Shown here: positions 13,612 through 23,357 of the stretch, in pieces
How the letters are laid out: each line of letters begins with the position of its first letter
Position numbering within the stretch: the first letter of the stretch is position 1
Source: Ottowia sp.
GTDB lineage: Bacteria > Pseudomonadota > Gammaproteobacteria > Burkholderiales > Burkholderiaceae_C
NCBI RefSeq assembly: GCF_035444425.1
Contig: NZ_DAOMOQ010000014.1
Span: 5,630 to 69,629, forward strand
Length of the DNA stretch: 64,000 nt
Reading direction: 5' to 3'
Notes under the pieces: generated by a model
The model's input: only the letters and a program-made list of their open reading frames with translations
Told to the model about the DNA's origin: nothing
Databases searched by the model: none
Translations under genes and position numbers: made by a program

Positions 13612-14265
13612 TCACTCGGCCCAGTTGAGCTGCACGCCCTGCTCGGCCGCCAGCCGCGCCACGTCGGCCTCGGTGTCGATGTCGGTGGTGCAGCGGGCGT
13701 GATCGAGCGCCAGCGCCTGTACCTGCGCCGCATGCGTGCGGCGCCATTCGCGCACGCCCTCGCCGCCCTGCCCGGCGGCCACGGTGCGGCGCACGGCCGG
13801 GCCGAACACCAGCGGGTGGCCGGGCTGGCCCTGGTGCGTCGGCAGCACCAGCTCGACGCCGGGCGCCCGCCCGGCCCAGGCATCCAGGATGGCGCGGACG
13901 TCCTGCGCCTGCAGCAGCGGCTGGTCGGCCAGTGCGACCAGCACGCCGTCCAGATCGGGCGGCAGCGCGGCCAGGCCGCAGCGGGTCGAGCCGCCCTGCC
14001 CGGCGTCCGGCTCGGCGTTGTGCACCCATTGCAGCCGCTCCGGCGCCCCCAGCGTATCGCGCAGGCGCTGCAGCACCAACTCGATGCGTTCAGCGTGATG
14101 GCCGAGCACCACCACCACCGGTGCCACGCCGGACTGAAGCAGCAGGCGCAGCGTGCGCTCGATCAGCGGCATGCCCTCGTTCTGCAGCAGGCACTTCGGG
14201 CGGTAGCCCATGCGCCGGCCGGCACCGGCGGCCATGACGATGGCGCCGATGCGCTCGGCTCGCAT
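13612..14265 (-). CDS. Nucleotidyltransferase, MocA-like molybdenum cofactor cytidylyltransferase
   Basis: MAAGAGRRMG..PKCLL, ALADQP and DIDTEAD motifs; coupled to xdhC in a molybdoenzyme cluster. Confidence 0.85.
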   Translation of the reverse strand: MRAERIGAIVMAAGAGRRMGYRPKCLLQNEGMPLIERTLRLLLQSGVAPVVVVLGHHAERIELVLQRLRDTLGAPERLQWVHNAEPDAGQGGSTRCGLAALPPDLDGVLVALADQPLLQAQDVRAILDAWAGRAPGVELVLPTHQGQPGHPLVFGPAVRRTVAAGQGGEGVREWRRTHAAQVQALALDHARCTTDIDTEADVARLAAEQGVQLNWAE

Positions 14266-15314
14266 CAGCCGACGTAGCAGACCGGCGCGCCGGCGTCGCT
14301 GAAGGCCACGCCTTGCGTGTCCTTCACGTGGGCGATGTCCATGTCGCGCGGCAGCGCCACGCCGTTCTTCACCGCCAGCACCTCGGCCATGATGCTGACA
14401 GCGATCTCGGGCGGGGTCTTGCTGCCGATGTAGATGCCGATCGGCCCGCGCAGCGTCTTCAGGCTGTCCTCGGTCTGCTCAAAGTGCTCGATCATGCGCT
14501 CACGGCGCAGCGCGTTGTTGCGCCGGCTGCCGATGGCGCCGACGTAGAAGGCCTCGGTCTTGATCGCCTCCAGCAGCGCCAGGTCGTCCAGCTTGGGGTC
14601 GTGCGTCAGCGCCAGCACGCAACTGCGGCCATCGGGCTTGAAGTCGAGCACCACGTCGTCGGGCATGCGGGCGTCAACGGTCGCGCCCTTCACGCTCCAG
14701 GCGCCGCGGTATTCCTCGCGCGGATCGCACACGGTGACGGTAAAGCCGCAGAACAGCGCCATCGTCGCCAGGTACTCGCCTAGCTGGCCGGCGCCGATCA
14801 GCAGCATGCGGTAGCCGGGGCCGAAGGTGTTAATCAGCTCGGTCTCGTCGACGCTCAGTTCATCGGGCTCGTCCGCCGGCGCTTGCGTGACCGTGCCGTC
14901 GGACAGGCGCACGCTGCGGCGGATCAGGCGTCCGGCGTCCAGCGCCTCGACCAGCTCGGCCAGTGCCTGCGGGTCGGGATCGTATTCCAGCAGCACCTCC
15001 AGCGTGCCGCCGCAGGGCAGTCCGAAGCGGTGCGCTTCGTCCGCCGTGACGCCGTACTTGGCGAACTGCGGCGGGCCGGTCGGACCGATCGCGTCCTTGG
15101 CACCGGGGTGGGTGTAGCGAGCGATCAGGTCGTCCTCGATGCAGCCGCCCGACACCGAGCCGACCACCGCGCCGCTGCCGGCCAGCGCCATGATCGAGCC
15201 GACCGGGCGCGGCGAGGAACCCCAGGTGCGCACCACCGTGGCCAGCAGGGCCGGCTTGCCGGCCAGCCGCCAGTCGCGCAGCGCGCGCAGCACCGTCAGA
15301 TCAAGGTTATCCAT
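14265..15314 (-). CDS. xdhC: XdhC/CoxF-family molybdoenzyme maturation chaperone
   Basis: TWGSSPRPVGS, GSVSGGCIE, GLPCGG, LTHDPKLDD and GPIGIYIGSKTPPEIA. Confidence 0.92.
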   Translation of the reverse strand: MDNLDLTVLRALRDWRLAGKPALLATVVRTWGSSPRPVGSIMALAGSGAVVGSVSGGCIEDDLIARYTHPGAKDAIGPTGPPQFAKYGVTADEAHRFGLPCGGTLEVLLEYDPDPQALAELVEALDAGRLIRRSVRLSDGTVTQAPADEPDELSVDETELINTFGPGYRMLLIGAGQLGEYLATMALFCGFTVTVCDPREEYRGAWSVKGATVDARMPDDVVLDFKPDGRSCVLALTHDPKLDDLALLEAIKTEAFYVGAIGSRRNNALRRERMIEHFEQTEDSLKTLRGPIGIYIGSKTPPEIAVSIMAEVLAVKNGVALPRDMDIAHVKDTQGVAFSDAGAPVCYVG

Positions 15315-15341
15315 GGCTGGACCTCCTTTGGGTCATTCGCT

Positions 15342-15911
15342 TCAACTTCGCAGCAGCCAGTATCCCAGCAGCAGCACGATCGCGCCAGCGATCCACACCC
15401 ATGCCGGCACTCCGCGCGCGGGTTGTGCCACTGCGGCCGGCGCGGCTTCTGCGCCGGCCGGGGCCGGATGGCGCTGCTGCATTTCCTCGTCGAAGCGCTT
15501 GAAGAAGTTCTCGGCCGTCGACTTGGCGACGCCGTCGATCAGGCGCTGGCCGACCTGGGCGATCTTGCCGCCCACCGTGGCATGCACCGTGTAGCCCAGT
15601 TCGCAGCCGGCGTCGTTGGGCGTCAGCACGACCTTGGCGCTGCCCTTGCCGAAGCCGGCGGCCCCGCCGTTGCCCTCGAAATTGAGCGTGTAGCTCTCGG
15701 GTGCATTGACGTCGGCCAGTTGGATGTTGCCCTTGAACTTGGCCGACACCGGGCCGACCTTGATCGCATTGACCAGCGCATAGGCGTTCTCGCCCGTGGC
15801 CTCGATGCTGTCGCAGCCGGGGATGCAGGCCTTCAGCACCTCGGGGTCGTTCAGCGCTTGCCAGGCCTGTTGCTGCGTCACGGCGAGTTGCCTGCTGCCT
15901 TGCATGTCCAT
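15342..15911 (-). CDS. coxG: CoxG-family (SRPBCC) protein with C-terminal membrane anchor
   Basis: AWQALNDPEVLKACIPGC, GGKIAQVGQRLID and a hydrophobic C-terminus. Confidence 0.9.
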   Translation of the reverse strand: MDMQGSRQLAVTQQQAWQALNDPEVLKACIPGCDSIEATGENAYALVNAIKVGPVSAKFKGNIQLADVNAPESYTLNFEGNGGAAGFGKGSAKVVLTPNDAGCELGYTVHATVGGKIAQVGQRLIDGVAKSTAENFFKRFDEEMQQRHPAPAGAEAAPAAVAQPARGVPAWVWIAGAIVLLLGYWLLRS

Positions 15912-15930
15912 GGGATGATTCTCCGTCGTC

Positions 15931-17133
15931 CTAGTTCTTCATCAGCGATGCGATGCCGTCCGCCAGATCCTGCAGCTTGCTGACGTTGTGCACCGCCAGC
16001 ATGCCATCGGCGGCGCGGTGCAGCACCGCGGCGCAGCGTGCGGTGGGTGCGTAGCCGTCGTAGCGCATCAAGGGGTTGAGCCACAGCAGGGCGCGGCTGT
16101 GGCGCCCCAGCCAGTCCAGCTCGCGCGCCAGGTCCTCGGGTTCGCCGGTGTCGAGGCCGTCGCTGACCAGCAGCACCAGGGTGCGGCGGCCGACCAGGCG
16201 GCGCGCATGCTGCTGGCGCAGCGTGGCCAGTGCGTCGCCCAAGCGCGTCCCGCCGGCAAAGTCGTCGATGGCGCGGCCGGCCACGCGCAGCATGGCGTCG
16301 GTATCGGCTTCGCGGAAGGCTGGCGTCAGATCGGTCAGGTGCATGCCGAAGGCAAACGCATCGCGCCGGATGCGCTGGCCATCGATGTGCTGGGTGGCAG
16401 CGTGCAGAAAGGCCAGCAGCAGGCGCGCGTAGCGCTCCATCGAACCCGACACGTCGACTAGCAGCAGCAGCGGCAGCGGCTCGCGCCGGCGCTGCAGGCG
16501 GTGCAGCGTCATCAGCTCGCCGCCGGTGCGGGCGGCGTCCCGCAGCGTGTGGCTCCAGTGCATGCGCGCGCCGCGCCAGCCGGTGCGCACCCGCCGCGCC
16601 GGCACTGTGGGCACCGGCAGCCGGATGTCGCGCACCAGGCGCTCGATGAGCCGGTATTCGCTGGCCGACAACTGGTTGAAGTCCGCGTGCTTCAGGCGCG
16701 CCAGTTCGCTCGCCGTCATGGTGGCGTCGAACTCGAACTCCTTGTCGGTGGCCCGTGGCGCGCGTGGCGCCTGCGCTGCCTTGGGCGGCGCCAGCGCTTC
16801 ACGCACGCGCGGGCGCTGGCGTGGCGGCTCGGCCGTGCCGTCGGCACGCGGCAGCATCTGCGCCAGCAGCTTGTGCGCCAGTTCGGGGTCGCGGAAGAAG
16901 GCGTCGAACAACTCGCGGAACACGGCGCGGTCTTCCTCACGGCTGACCAGCACGGCCTCCAACGCGGCGCTGACGTCGCCGCGGCGGTCGACGCCGGTGT
17001 GCTGCAGCGCCTGCTGAGCCAGCGCGATGCGCGCGGCATCAACGCGCAGGCCGGCGCGGCGCAGCGTGCGGCCGAAAGCGGTCAGGTTGTCGGCCAGCTT
17101 GCCGCTGCGGGCGTCGCCGAGCAGGGTGCTCAC
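15931..17133 (-). CDS. coxE: CoxE-like VWA-domain protein (400 aa, GTG start)
   Basis: MIDAS motif DVSGSM, GGTRLG, LVSDGLD and LWLNPL; overlaps the coxD stop codon. Confidence 0.88.
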   Translation of the reverse strand: MSTLLGDARSGKLADNLTAFGRTLRRAGLRVDAARIALAQQALQHTGVDRRGDVSAALEAVLVSREEDRAVFRELFDAFFRDPELAHKLLAQMLPRADGTAEPPRQRPRVREALAPPKAAQAPRAPRATDKEFEFDATMTASELARLKHADFNQLSASEYRLIERLVRDIRLPVPTVPARRVRTGWRGARMHWSHTLRDAARTGGELMTLHRLQRRREPLPLLLLVDVSGSMERYARLLLAFLHAATQHIDGQRIRRDAFAFGMHLTDLTPAFREADTDAMLRVAGRAIDDFAGGTRLGDALATLRQQHARRLVGRRTLVLLVSDGLDTGEPEDLARELDWLGRHSRALLWLNPLMRYDGYAPTARCAAVLHRAADGMLAVHNVSKLQDLADGIASLMKN

Positions 17134-18041
17134 GCGCCCTCCTCCGTTGCCAGCACCTCCGTGATCAGTTCCCGCGTCAGCGCCGCGACGTCCTCGCGCT
17201 GCTTGAACAGCACGCCGGCCGTGCCCTGCACCACCTCCGGATCGAGCGCCAGGGTGTCGAGCGCGACCAGCGCCTTGGCCCATTCGACGCTTTCGGCGAT
17301 GCCGGGGGCGCGCTGGAACAGTGCCGCGTGTGGCGTGCTGCGCAGCCGGTGCACGAAGGCCGCCACCTGGTCGGCCAGGGCCTGCGGCGCCTCGGGCACG
17401 CGGGCGCGCACGATCGCCAGTTCGCGCTCGCGCTCGGGGTAGTCGAGCCAGTGGTACAGGCAGCGGCGCTTGACCGCATCGTTCAATTCGCGCGTGCGGT
17501 TGCTGGTGAGGATCGTGACCGGCGTGGCGGCCGCGCGCACCGTGCCCAGCTCGGGGATGCTGACCTGGTACTCGCCCAGGTACTCGAGCAGAAAGGCCTC
17601 GAAGGGTTCGTCGGCACGGTCGACCTCGTCGATCAGCAGCACGGCGCCGGGCGGCGGCGTCTGCAGCGCCTGCAGCAGCGGCCGACGGATCAGGTAGTGC
17701 GGCTGGTAGACCTCGCGCTCGATCTCGTCCGCGGGCGCGCGTCCCTCGGCGGCGCGCAGGTGCAGCAGCTGTGCGGTGTAGTTCCACTCGTACAGCGCCT
17801 CGCGCTGCTCCAGGCCGTCGTAGCACTGCAGGCGGATCAGCTCGCGCTGCAGCGCCTGAGCCAGCGACTTGGCGAGCTCGGTCTTGCCGACGCCGGGCTC
17901 GCCCTCGAGCAGCAGGGGCCGCTGCAGCCTGAGCGCCAGGAAGGCGGCGGTCGCCAGGCGCCGGTCAGCGAAGTAGCCGGCGCCTTCGAGCGCCTGCATC
18001 AGCGCGTCGATGGTTTGAAAGGGCGGGATGGGAGCGCTCAT
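17130..18041 (-). CDS. coxD: CoxD-like MoxR AAA+ ATPase
   Basis: LLLEGEPGVGKT, RLQCYDGL, YEWNY, LLIDEVDRAD and ILTSNRTREL. Confidence 0.9.
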   Translation of the reverse strand: MSAPIPPFQTIDALMQALEGAGYFADRRLATAAFLALRLQRPLLLEGEPGVGKTELAKSLAQALQRELIRLQCYDGLEQREALYEWNYTAQLLHLRAAEGRAPADEIEREVYQPHYLIRRPLLQALQTPPPGAVLLIDEVDRADEPFEAFLLEYLGEYQVSIPELGTVRAAATPVTILTSNRTRELNDAVKRRCLYHWLDYPERERELAIVRARVPEAPQALADQVAAFVHRLRSTPHAALFQRAPGIAESVEWAKALVALDTLALDPEVVQGTAGVLFKQREDVAALTRELITEVLATEEGA

Positions 18042-18178
18042 TGACTATCGATTCCAGAACTGCTCTGGCTTGCCGGTCAAGCGCTGGTCAGTTTCATGCT
18101 TCGTGTGGGAGTGGCTTGGACCACGCTGGCGGTGCCGTCCCGCCCTGCGTGCCCCGGCCGCTCCCACGGTGGCAGCGC

Positions 18179-18970
18179 TCAGGCCAGCGCCTTCGCGACC
18201 GCCTGCTTTGCCATCACGCCGACCAGGTGCGCGCGGTACTCTGCGCTGCCGTGCAGGTCGCCGTTCAATTCACCGGCGTCGGTCTTGACGCCGGCTGCGG
18301 CCTCGGGCGTGAAGCTCTGGCCGAGCGCGGTCTCGAGGCCAGCATGACGGAACACGCCGTTGCCGCCGCCGGTCACCACCGCCCGCACGCCATCGCCGGT
18401 GTCGGCGACGAACACGCCGATCAGCGCGAACAGCGAGGCCGGCTGGCGGAACTTGGCGTAGGCGGCGCGCTTCGGGATCGGGAAGCGCACGGCGGTGATC
18501 AGCTCGCCGTCCTCCAGCGCGGTGGCGAACAGGCCCTGGAAGTAATCGTCCGCCGCGATCTCGCGCCGGTCGGTGACGATGGTCGCGCCCAGCGCCAGCA
18601 CGGCGGCGGGGTAGTCGGCGGCCGGATCGTTGTTGGCCACCGAGCCGCCCAGCGTGCCCATGGCCCGCACCTGCTTGTCGCCAATGCCGGCGGCCAGTTC
18701 CGCCAGCGCGGGGATGGCGCCGCGCACCTCGGCGTTCGCCGCCACGTCGGCGTGGCGCGTCATGGCGCCGATGACCAGGCTGCTGCCCTCCCTGCGGATA
18801 CCGGCCAGGTCCTGGATGGCGCCCAGGTCGACCAGTTGTTCCGGGTTGGCCAGGCGCAGCTTCATCGAGGCCAGCAGAGTCTGGCCACCGGCCAGCAGCT
18901 TGCCCCCGGCCTGCGCCAGCTTGACGGCGTCGGCCTGGCTGGTGGGACGTTCAAAGGTGAATGCATACAT
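18179..18970 (-). CDS. coxM: Xanthine dehydrogenase/CODH-family FAD-binding medium subunit (CoxM-like)
   Basis: [25 protein letters not shown] and YRAHL. The symbol denotes family only. Confidence 0.88.
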   Translation of the reverse strand: MYAFTFERPTSQADAVKLAQAGGKLLAGGQTLLASMKLRLANPEQLVDLGAIQDLAGIRREGSSLVIGAMTRHADVAANAEVRGAIPALAELAAGIGDKQVRAMGTLGGSVANNDPAADYPAAVLALGATIVTDRREIAADDYFQGLFATALEDGELITAVRFPIPKRAAYAKFRQPASLFALIGVFVADTGDGVRAVVTGGGNGVFRHAGLETALGQSFTPEAAAGVKTDAGELNGDLHGSAEYRAHLVGVMAKQAVAKALA

Positions 18971-18983
18971 GGTGTCGATCTCC

Positions 18984-21356
18984 TCAAGCCTGGGCGTTCT
19001 GGATCGCCTGCCACACGCGGTGCGGCGTGGCGGGCATGTCGAAGTCCTTCACGCCCAGCGGCCGGAGCGCGTCCAGCACGGCGTTGATCACCGCCGGTGG
19101 CGAGCCGATGGCACCGGCCTCGCCGCAGCCCTTGCTGCCGATCGGGTTGTGCGTGCAGGGCGTGCAGACGTGGCCGAGCCTGAACTCGGGGAAGTCGGCC
19201 GCGCGCGGCATGGTGTAGTCCATGTAGCTGCCGGTCAGCAGCTGGCCGCTGTCCGGGTCGTAGACGCCGTGCTCCAGCAGCGCCTGGCCGATGCCCTGCG
19301 CCAGGCCGCCGTGCACCTGGCCTTCGACGATCATCGGGTTGACGATGACGCCGAAGTCATCGACGGCGGTGAAGCGGTCCACCCGCACCACGCCGGTGGC
19401 TGGATCGACCTCGACCTCGCAGATGTAGGTGCCGGCCGGGTAGGTGAAGTTGGTCGGGTCGTAGAACGCGGTCTCGTTCAGGCCCGGCTCCAGCTTGTCG
19501 AGCGGGTAGTTGTGCGGCACATAGGCGGTCAGCGCCACCTGGGCGAAGGGGATCTTCTTGTCGGTGCCCTTGACGCTGAACTCGCCGCCGCTGAACTCGA
19601 TGTCGGCGTCGCTGGCCTCCATCAGGTGGGCGGCGATTTTCTTCGCCTTGGTCTCGATCTTGTCGAGCGCCTTCATGATCGCCGTGCCGCCCACGCTGAG
19701 CGATCGGCTGCCGTAGGTGCCCATGCCGAAGGGCACGCGGCCGGTGTCGCCGTGCACGATGTCGACCTGCGATGGGTCGATGCCGAGCCGTGCCGCCACC
19801 AACTGCGCGAAGGTGGTCTCGTGCCCTTGCCCGTGACTGTGCGAGCCGGTGAACACCGTCACGCTGCCCGTGGGGTGCACGCGCACCTCGCCGGCTTCGA
19901 ACAGGCCGGCCCGGGCACCGAGCGCGCCGGCGATGTTGCTCGGCGCCAGGCCGCAGGCCTCGATGTAGCTCGAGTAGCCGATGCCGCGCCTGAGCCCCTT
20001 GGCCTCGCTGGCGGCGCGGCGCGCCTCGAAACCGGCCACGTCGGCGAGTTCCTGCGACTGCGCCATGCAGGCCGGATAGTCGCCGACGTCGTACTGCAGC
20101 GCCACCGGCGTCTGGTACGGGAAGCTGGTGATGAAGTTGCGCTTGCGGATCTCGTCCTGGCTCAAGCCCAGGTCCCAGGCGCAACGGGTGACCAGGCGCT
20201 CCAGCACGTAGGTGGCCTCGGGCCGGCCGGCGCCGCGGTAGGCATCGACCGGTGCGGTGCTGGTGAACCAGCCATCGACCTCGACGTAGATCTGCGGCGT
20301 GGTGTACTGGCCTGCCAGCAGCGTGCCATACAGGATGGTCGGCACGCTGGAGGCGAAGGTGGACAGGTAGGAGCCCAGGTTGGCGTCTGTGTGCACGCGC
20401 AGCGCCAGGAACTTGCCGTCCTGGTCCATCGCCATCTCGGCCTGCGTGATGTGGTCGCGCCCGTGGGCGTCGCTGACGAAGGACTCGGCACGCTCGGCGG
20501 TCCACTTGATGGCGCAGTTGAGTTGCTTGGCGGCCCAGGTGCAGGCGACCTCTTCGGCATAGAGGAAGATCTTGGAGCCGAAGCCGCCACCAACGTCGGG
20601 CGCGATCACGCGCACCTTGTGCTCGGGCAGTTGCAGCACGAAGGCCGTCAGCAGCAGGCGCGCGACGTGCGGGTTCTGGCTGGTGGTGTAGAGCTGGTAT
20701 TCCTCGGTCGCGCGGTTGTAGCTGGCGATGGCCGCGCGCGGCTCCATGGCGTTGGGGATCAGGCGGTTGTTGACCAGTTCGATCTTGCTCACGTGGGCCG
20801 CCTTGGCGAAGGCCTCCTGCACCGCCGCCTTGTCGCCCAGCGTCCACTTGTAGCAGTGGTTGTCCGGCGCTTCGTCGTGCAGCGCCGGGCCATTGCTTGC
20901 CGTGCGCATGTCGATCACCGCGTCGAGCACCTCGTAGTCGACCTCCACGGCCTCGGCGGCGTCCTTGGCCTGCTGCAGCGTGTCGGCCACCACCATGGCC
21001 ACGTGGTCACCGACATAGCGTACCTTGTGGATGGCCAGGATCGGGTGTGGCGGCTCCTTCATCGGCGAGCCGTCGGGGTTGCTGATCAGCCAGCCGCAGG
21101 GCAGGCCACCCATCTTGCCCTCGATGTCCTTGCCGGTGAACACGCGCGCCACGCCGGGCATGGCCGATGCGGCGCCGGTGTCGACGCTCTTGACGATGGC
21201 GTGCGCGTGCGGCGAGCGCACGAACACGGCGTATTTCTGGTTCGGCAGATTGATGTCGTCGGTGTACTGGCCGACACCGGTCAGGAAGCGCTCGTCCTCC
21301 TTGCGCTTAATCGATTCGCCGATGTGCGGCAGCTTTGCAAATTCGTTGGCACCCAT
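18984..21356 (-). CDS. coxL: Molybdopterin-binding large subunit, form II CoxL-like (AYRGAGR)
   Basis: [27 protein letters not shown] and KGCGEAG; active-site loop AYRGAGR (20223-20243). The substrate is not established. Confidence 0.88.
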   Translation of the reverse strand: MGANEFAKLPHIGESIKRKEDERFLTGVGQYTDDINLPNQKYAVFVRSPHAHAIVKSVDTGAASAMPGVARVFTGKDIEGKMGGLPCGWLISNPDGSPMKEPPHPILAIHKVRYVGDHVAMVVADTLQQAKDAAEAVEVDYEVLDAVIDMRTASNGPALHDEAPDNHCYKWTLGDKAAVQEAFAKAAHVSKIELVNNRLIPNAMEPRAAIASYNRATEEYQLYTTSQNPHVARLLLTAFVLQLPEHKVRVIAPDVGGGFGSKIFLYAEEVACTWAAKQLNCAIKWTAERAESFVSDAHGRDHITQAEMAMDQDGKFLALRVHTDANLGSYLSTFASSVPTILYGTLLAGQYTTPQIYVEVDGWFTSTAPVDAYRGAGRPEATYVLERLVTRCAWDLGLSQDEIRKRNFITSFPYQTPVALQYDVGDYPACMAQSQELADVAGFEARRAASEAKGLRRGIGYSSYIEACGLAPSNIAGALGARAGLFEAGEVRVHPTGSVTVFTGSHSHGQGHETTFAQLVAARLGIDPSQVDIVHGDTGRVPFGMGTYGSRSLSVGGTAIMKALDKIETKAKKIAAHLMEASDADIEFSGGEFSVKGTDKKIPFAQVALTAYVPHNYPLDKLEPGLNETAFYDPTNFTYPAGTYICEVEVDPATGVVRVDRFTAVDDFGVIVNPMIVEGQVHGGLAQGIGQALLEHGVYDPDSGQLLTGSYMDYTMPRAADFPEFRLGHVCTPCTHNPIGSKGCGEAGAIGSPPAVINAVLDALRPLGVKDFDMPATPHRVWQAIQNAQA

Positions 21357-21381
21357 GGTCTTGTCTCCTTGGCTGGCGCGG

Positions 21382-21861
21382 TCAGGCCATGGCCTGCTGG
21401 GCCTGTTGCACCGCTTTCACGATGTTCTGGTAGCCGGTGCAGCGGCAGATATTGCCTTCCAGCAGTTCGCGGATCTCGGCCTCGCTGGCCTGCGGGTGCT
21501 GCGCCAGCAGGTCGATGCTGCTGAGCACCATGCCGGGGGTGCAGAAGCCGCACTGCAGGCCGTGGGCGTCCTTGAACGCGGCCTGCATCGGGTGCATGGT
21601 GCCGTCGGCGGCGGCGATGCCTTCGATGGTGGTCACCTCGGCGCCCTGCATCTGCGCCGCCAGCACGTTGCAGGACTTGATGGCGCGGCTCTCGCCGCCG
21701 TCCGATTGCACCAGCACGGTGCAGGCGCCGCACTGCGCGGTGTCGCAGCCGACGTGGGTGCCGGTCAGCTGCAGGTGCTCGCGCAGCAGCTGCACCAGCA
21801 GGGTGTTGGGGGGAACGTCAGCGGTCACCGGCTTGCCGTTGACCTTCAGTTGCAGCTGCAT
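21382..21861 (-). CDS. coxS: 2[2Fe-2S] small subunit (CoxS-like, 159 aa)
   Basis: [19 protein letters not shown] and CRCTGY; ATG 21861 follows GGGAGAC. Confidence 0.9.
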   Translation of the reverse strand: MQLQLKVNGKPVTADVPPNTLLVQLLREHLQLTGTHVGCDTAQCGACTVLVQSDGGESRAIKSCNVLAAQMQGAEVTTIEGIAAADGTMHPMQAAFKDAHGLQCGFCTPGMVLSSIDLLAQHPQASEAEIRELLEGNICRCTGYQNIVKAVQQAQQAMA

Positions 21862-22052
21862 GGTTTGTCTCCCGTCGGTTCGAAGAGTTGGTGGGACAGT
21901 GAACCTCTCATTCTTGAGGGACCGTCCGGCTCGTCGGCTAGGTGAAACCCTAGGTTCCGCGCGTGGGCGGCCGATATTCTCAGAATGAGACAATGATCCG
22001 GACCCTCGTCCGCGAGGACATCCACTTGTTCGTGCGATCGATGACTTGACTC

Positions 22053-23168
22053 ATGCCGGAGCAGCGCCAGTACCAGATCGAGCGGGCCCGCGCGGCCGTG
22101 CTGCAGGAGGGCGCGTCGGCCACCACCACGCTGGTCGAGGCCTGGTTCGACCGTGCCTGGATCACGCGCTCCTGGCAACGCTGCCTGCAGCAGGGCCGAC
22201 GGCCCGAGCAGGCCATCGGCTTCGACCTGGTGCCGGCCGGGGCGCGCCGCCGCGCCGAGAACGCGCACCACGCGCTGCTGGCCGCTGCCCGCCCGGAGAT
22301 GCAGCGTCTGGCGCGTGCCGTGGCGCCGATCCGCTATTTCGCCATCCTGACCGACGCCGAGGGCTGCGTGGTCGAGACCGCCGGCGCTATCGACCGACAT
22401 GATCGCCATGCCGAGGTGATCGCGCGGGTGGGTGTCGATCTGTCCGAGCGCAGCATCGGCACCAGTGCCATCGGCGCCGCGCTGGGCGAGCTGCATCCGG
22501 TCTGGCTGCACCGCGGCGAGCACTTTTTCGACGCCACCAGCGTCTACAGCTGCGCTGGCGCGCCGCTGTTCGGCCCGCGCGGCGGCTGCGTCGGCATGCT
22601 GGACCTGACCGGCATCAACGTGGCCGAGCGGCCGGAGCTCAAGCACCTGGTGGCACGCTCGGCCCGCGCGATCGAGGATGCCTTGACGCTGGCGGTGCCG
22701 CACGCGCTGCGCATGCGCCTGGCCTGGGACGACGCAGCGGCCGACGGCGACGGTGGCGCCCTGCTCTGCCTGGACGGCGAAGGCGCCGTGGTCAGTGCCA
22801 ACCCGGCCGCGCGCGCCATGCTGCCGGCGCTGGCCGGCCTGGCGGGCGGCGCGCTGCATGCCGGTGATCTGTTCGCCCAGCCCTGGATGCAGCTGTTCGA
22901 CCAGGCGCAGCGCGGGCTGCCGGCCAGCGTGCCCTTGTGGTCCGGCCTGCGCGTCTGGGTGCATGCCGTCCGGACCGCCAGCGCCCCGGGCCGCCCGGCG
23001 GGCCCGCAGCTGCCGCTGCGGGCGCTGGAAAACGACCTGATCCACCAGGCTGTGCGCGCCGCCGGCGGCAACGTCAGCCAGGCGGCGCAAACCCTGGGCC
23101 TGAGCCGCGCCACCGTGTACCGCCGCCTGGCCAAGGCGCGTGCTTCGGGCAAGCCGGCCCGGAGCTGA
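22053..23168 (+). CDS. GAF plus Fis-HTH transcriptional regulator lacking an AAA+ domain
   Basis: AcoR-like N-terminus (SWQRC, GTSAIG, CAGAPLF), a short PAS-like segment, then GGNVSQAAQTLGLSRATVYRRL; no Walker A or GAFTGA. Confidence 0.85.
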   Translation: MPEQRQYQIERARAAVLQEGASATTTLVEAWFDRAWITRSWQRCLQQGRRPEQAIGFDLVPAGARRRAENAHHALLAAARPEMQRLARAVAPIRYFAILTDAEGCVVETAGAIDRHDRHAEVIARVGVDLSERSIGTSAIGAALGELHPVWLHRGEHFFDATSVYSCAGAPLFGPRGGCVGMLDLTGINVAERPELKHLVARSARAIEDALTLAVPHALRMRLAWDDAAADGDGGALLCLDGEGAVVSANPAARAMLPALAGLAGGALHAGDLFAQPWMQLFDQAQRGLPASVPLWSGLRVWVHAVRTASAPGRPAGPQLPLRALENDLIHQAVRAAGGNVSQAAQTLGLSRATVYRRLAKARASGKPARS

Positions 23169-23357
23169 AATCCGGCTCACGCGTGCAGCAATGCGAAGGC
23201 AGACAAGCACGTTCCGGAGTCCTGAATCTTGCCCCCGGGCAACGACCCAGCGAGGTCTGAGTGCGCATCGGCACCCTGCGCAGGCTGCCGCGCTCGTTAA
23301 ACTTGCGCCTTTCTTCCGTCGGCGCGCCCTCGCCGCCCCTGCGCACCTCATCCCGGC

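Noticed and set aside
18984-21356. Calling this a bona fide aerobic CO dehydrogenase
   Set aside because: The loop is AYRGAGR rather than AYxCSFR, and the gene order is S-L-M.
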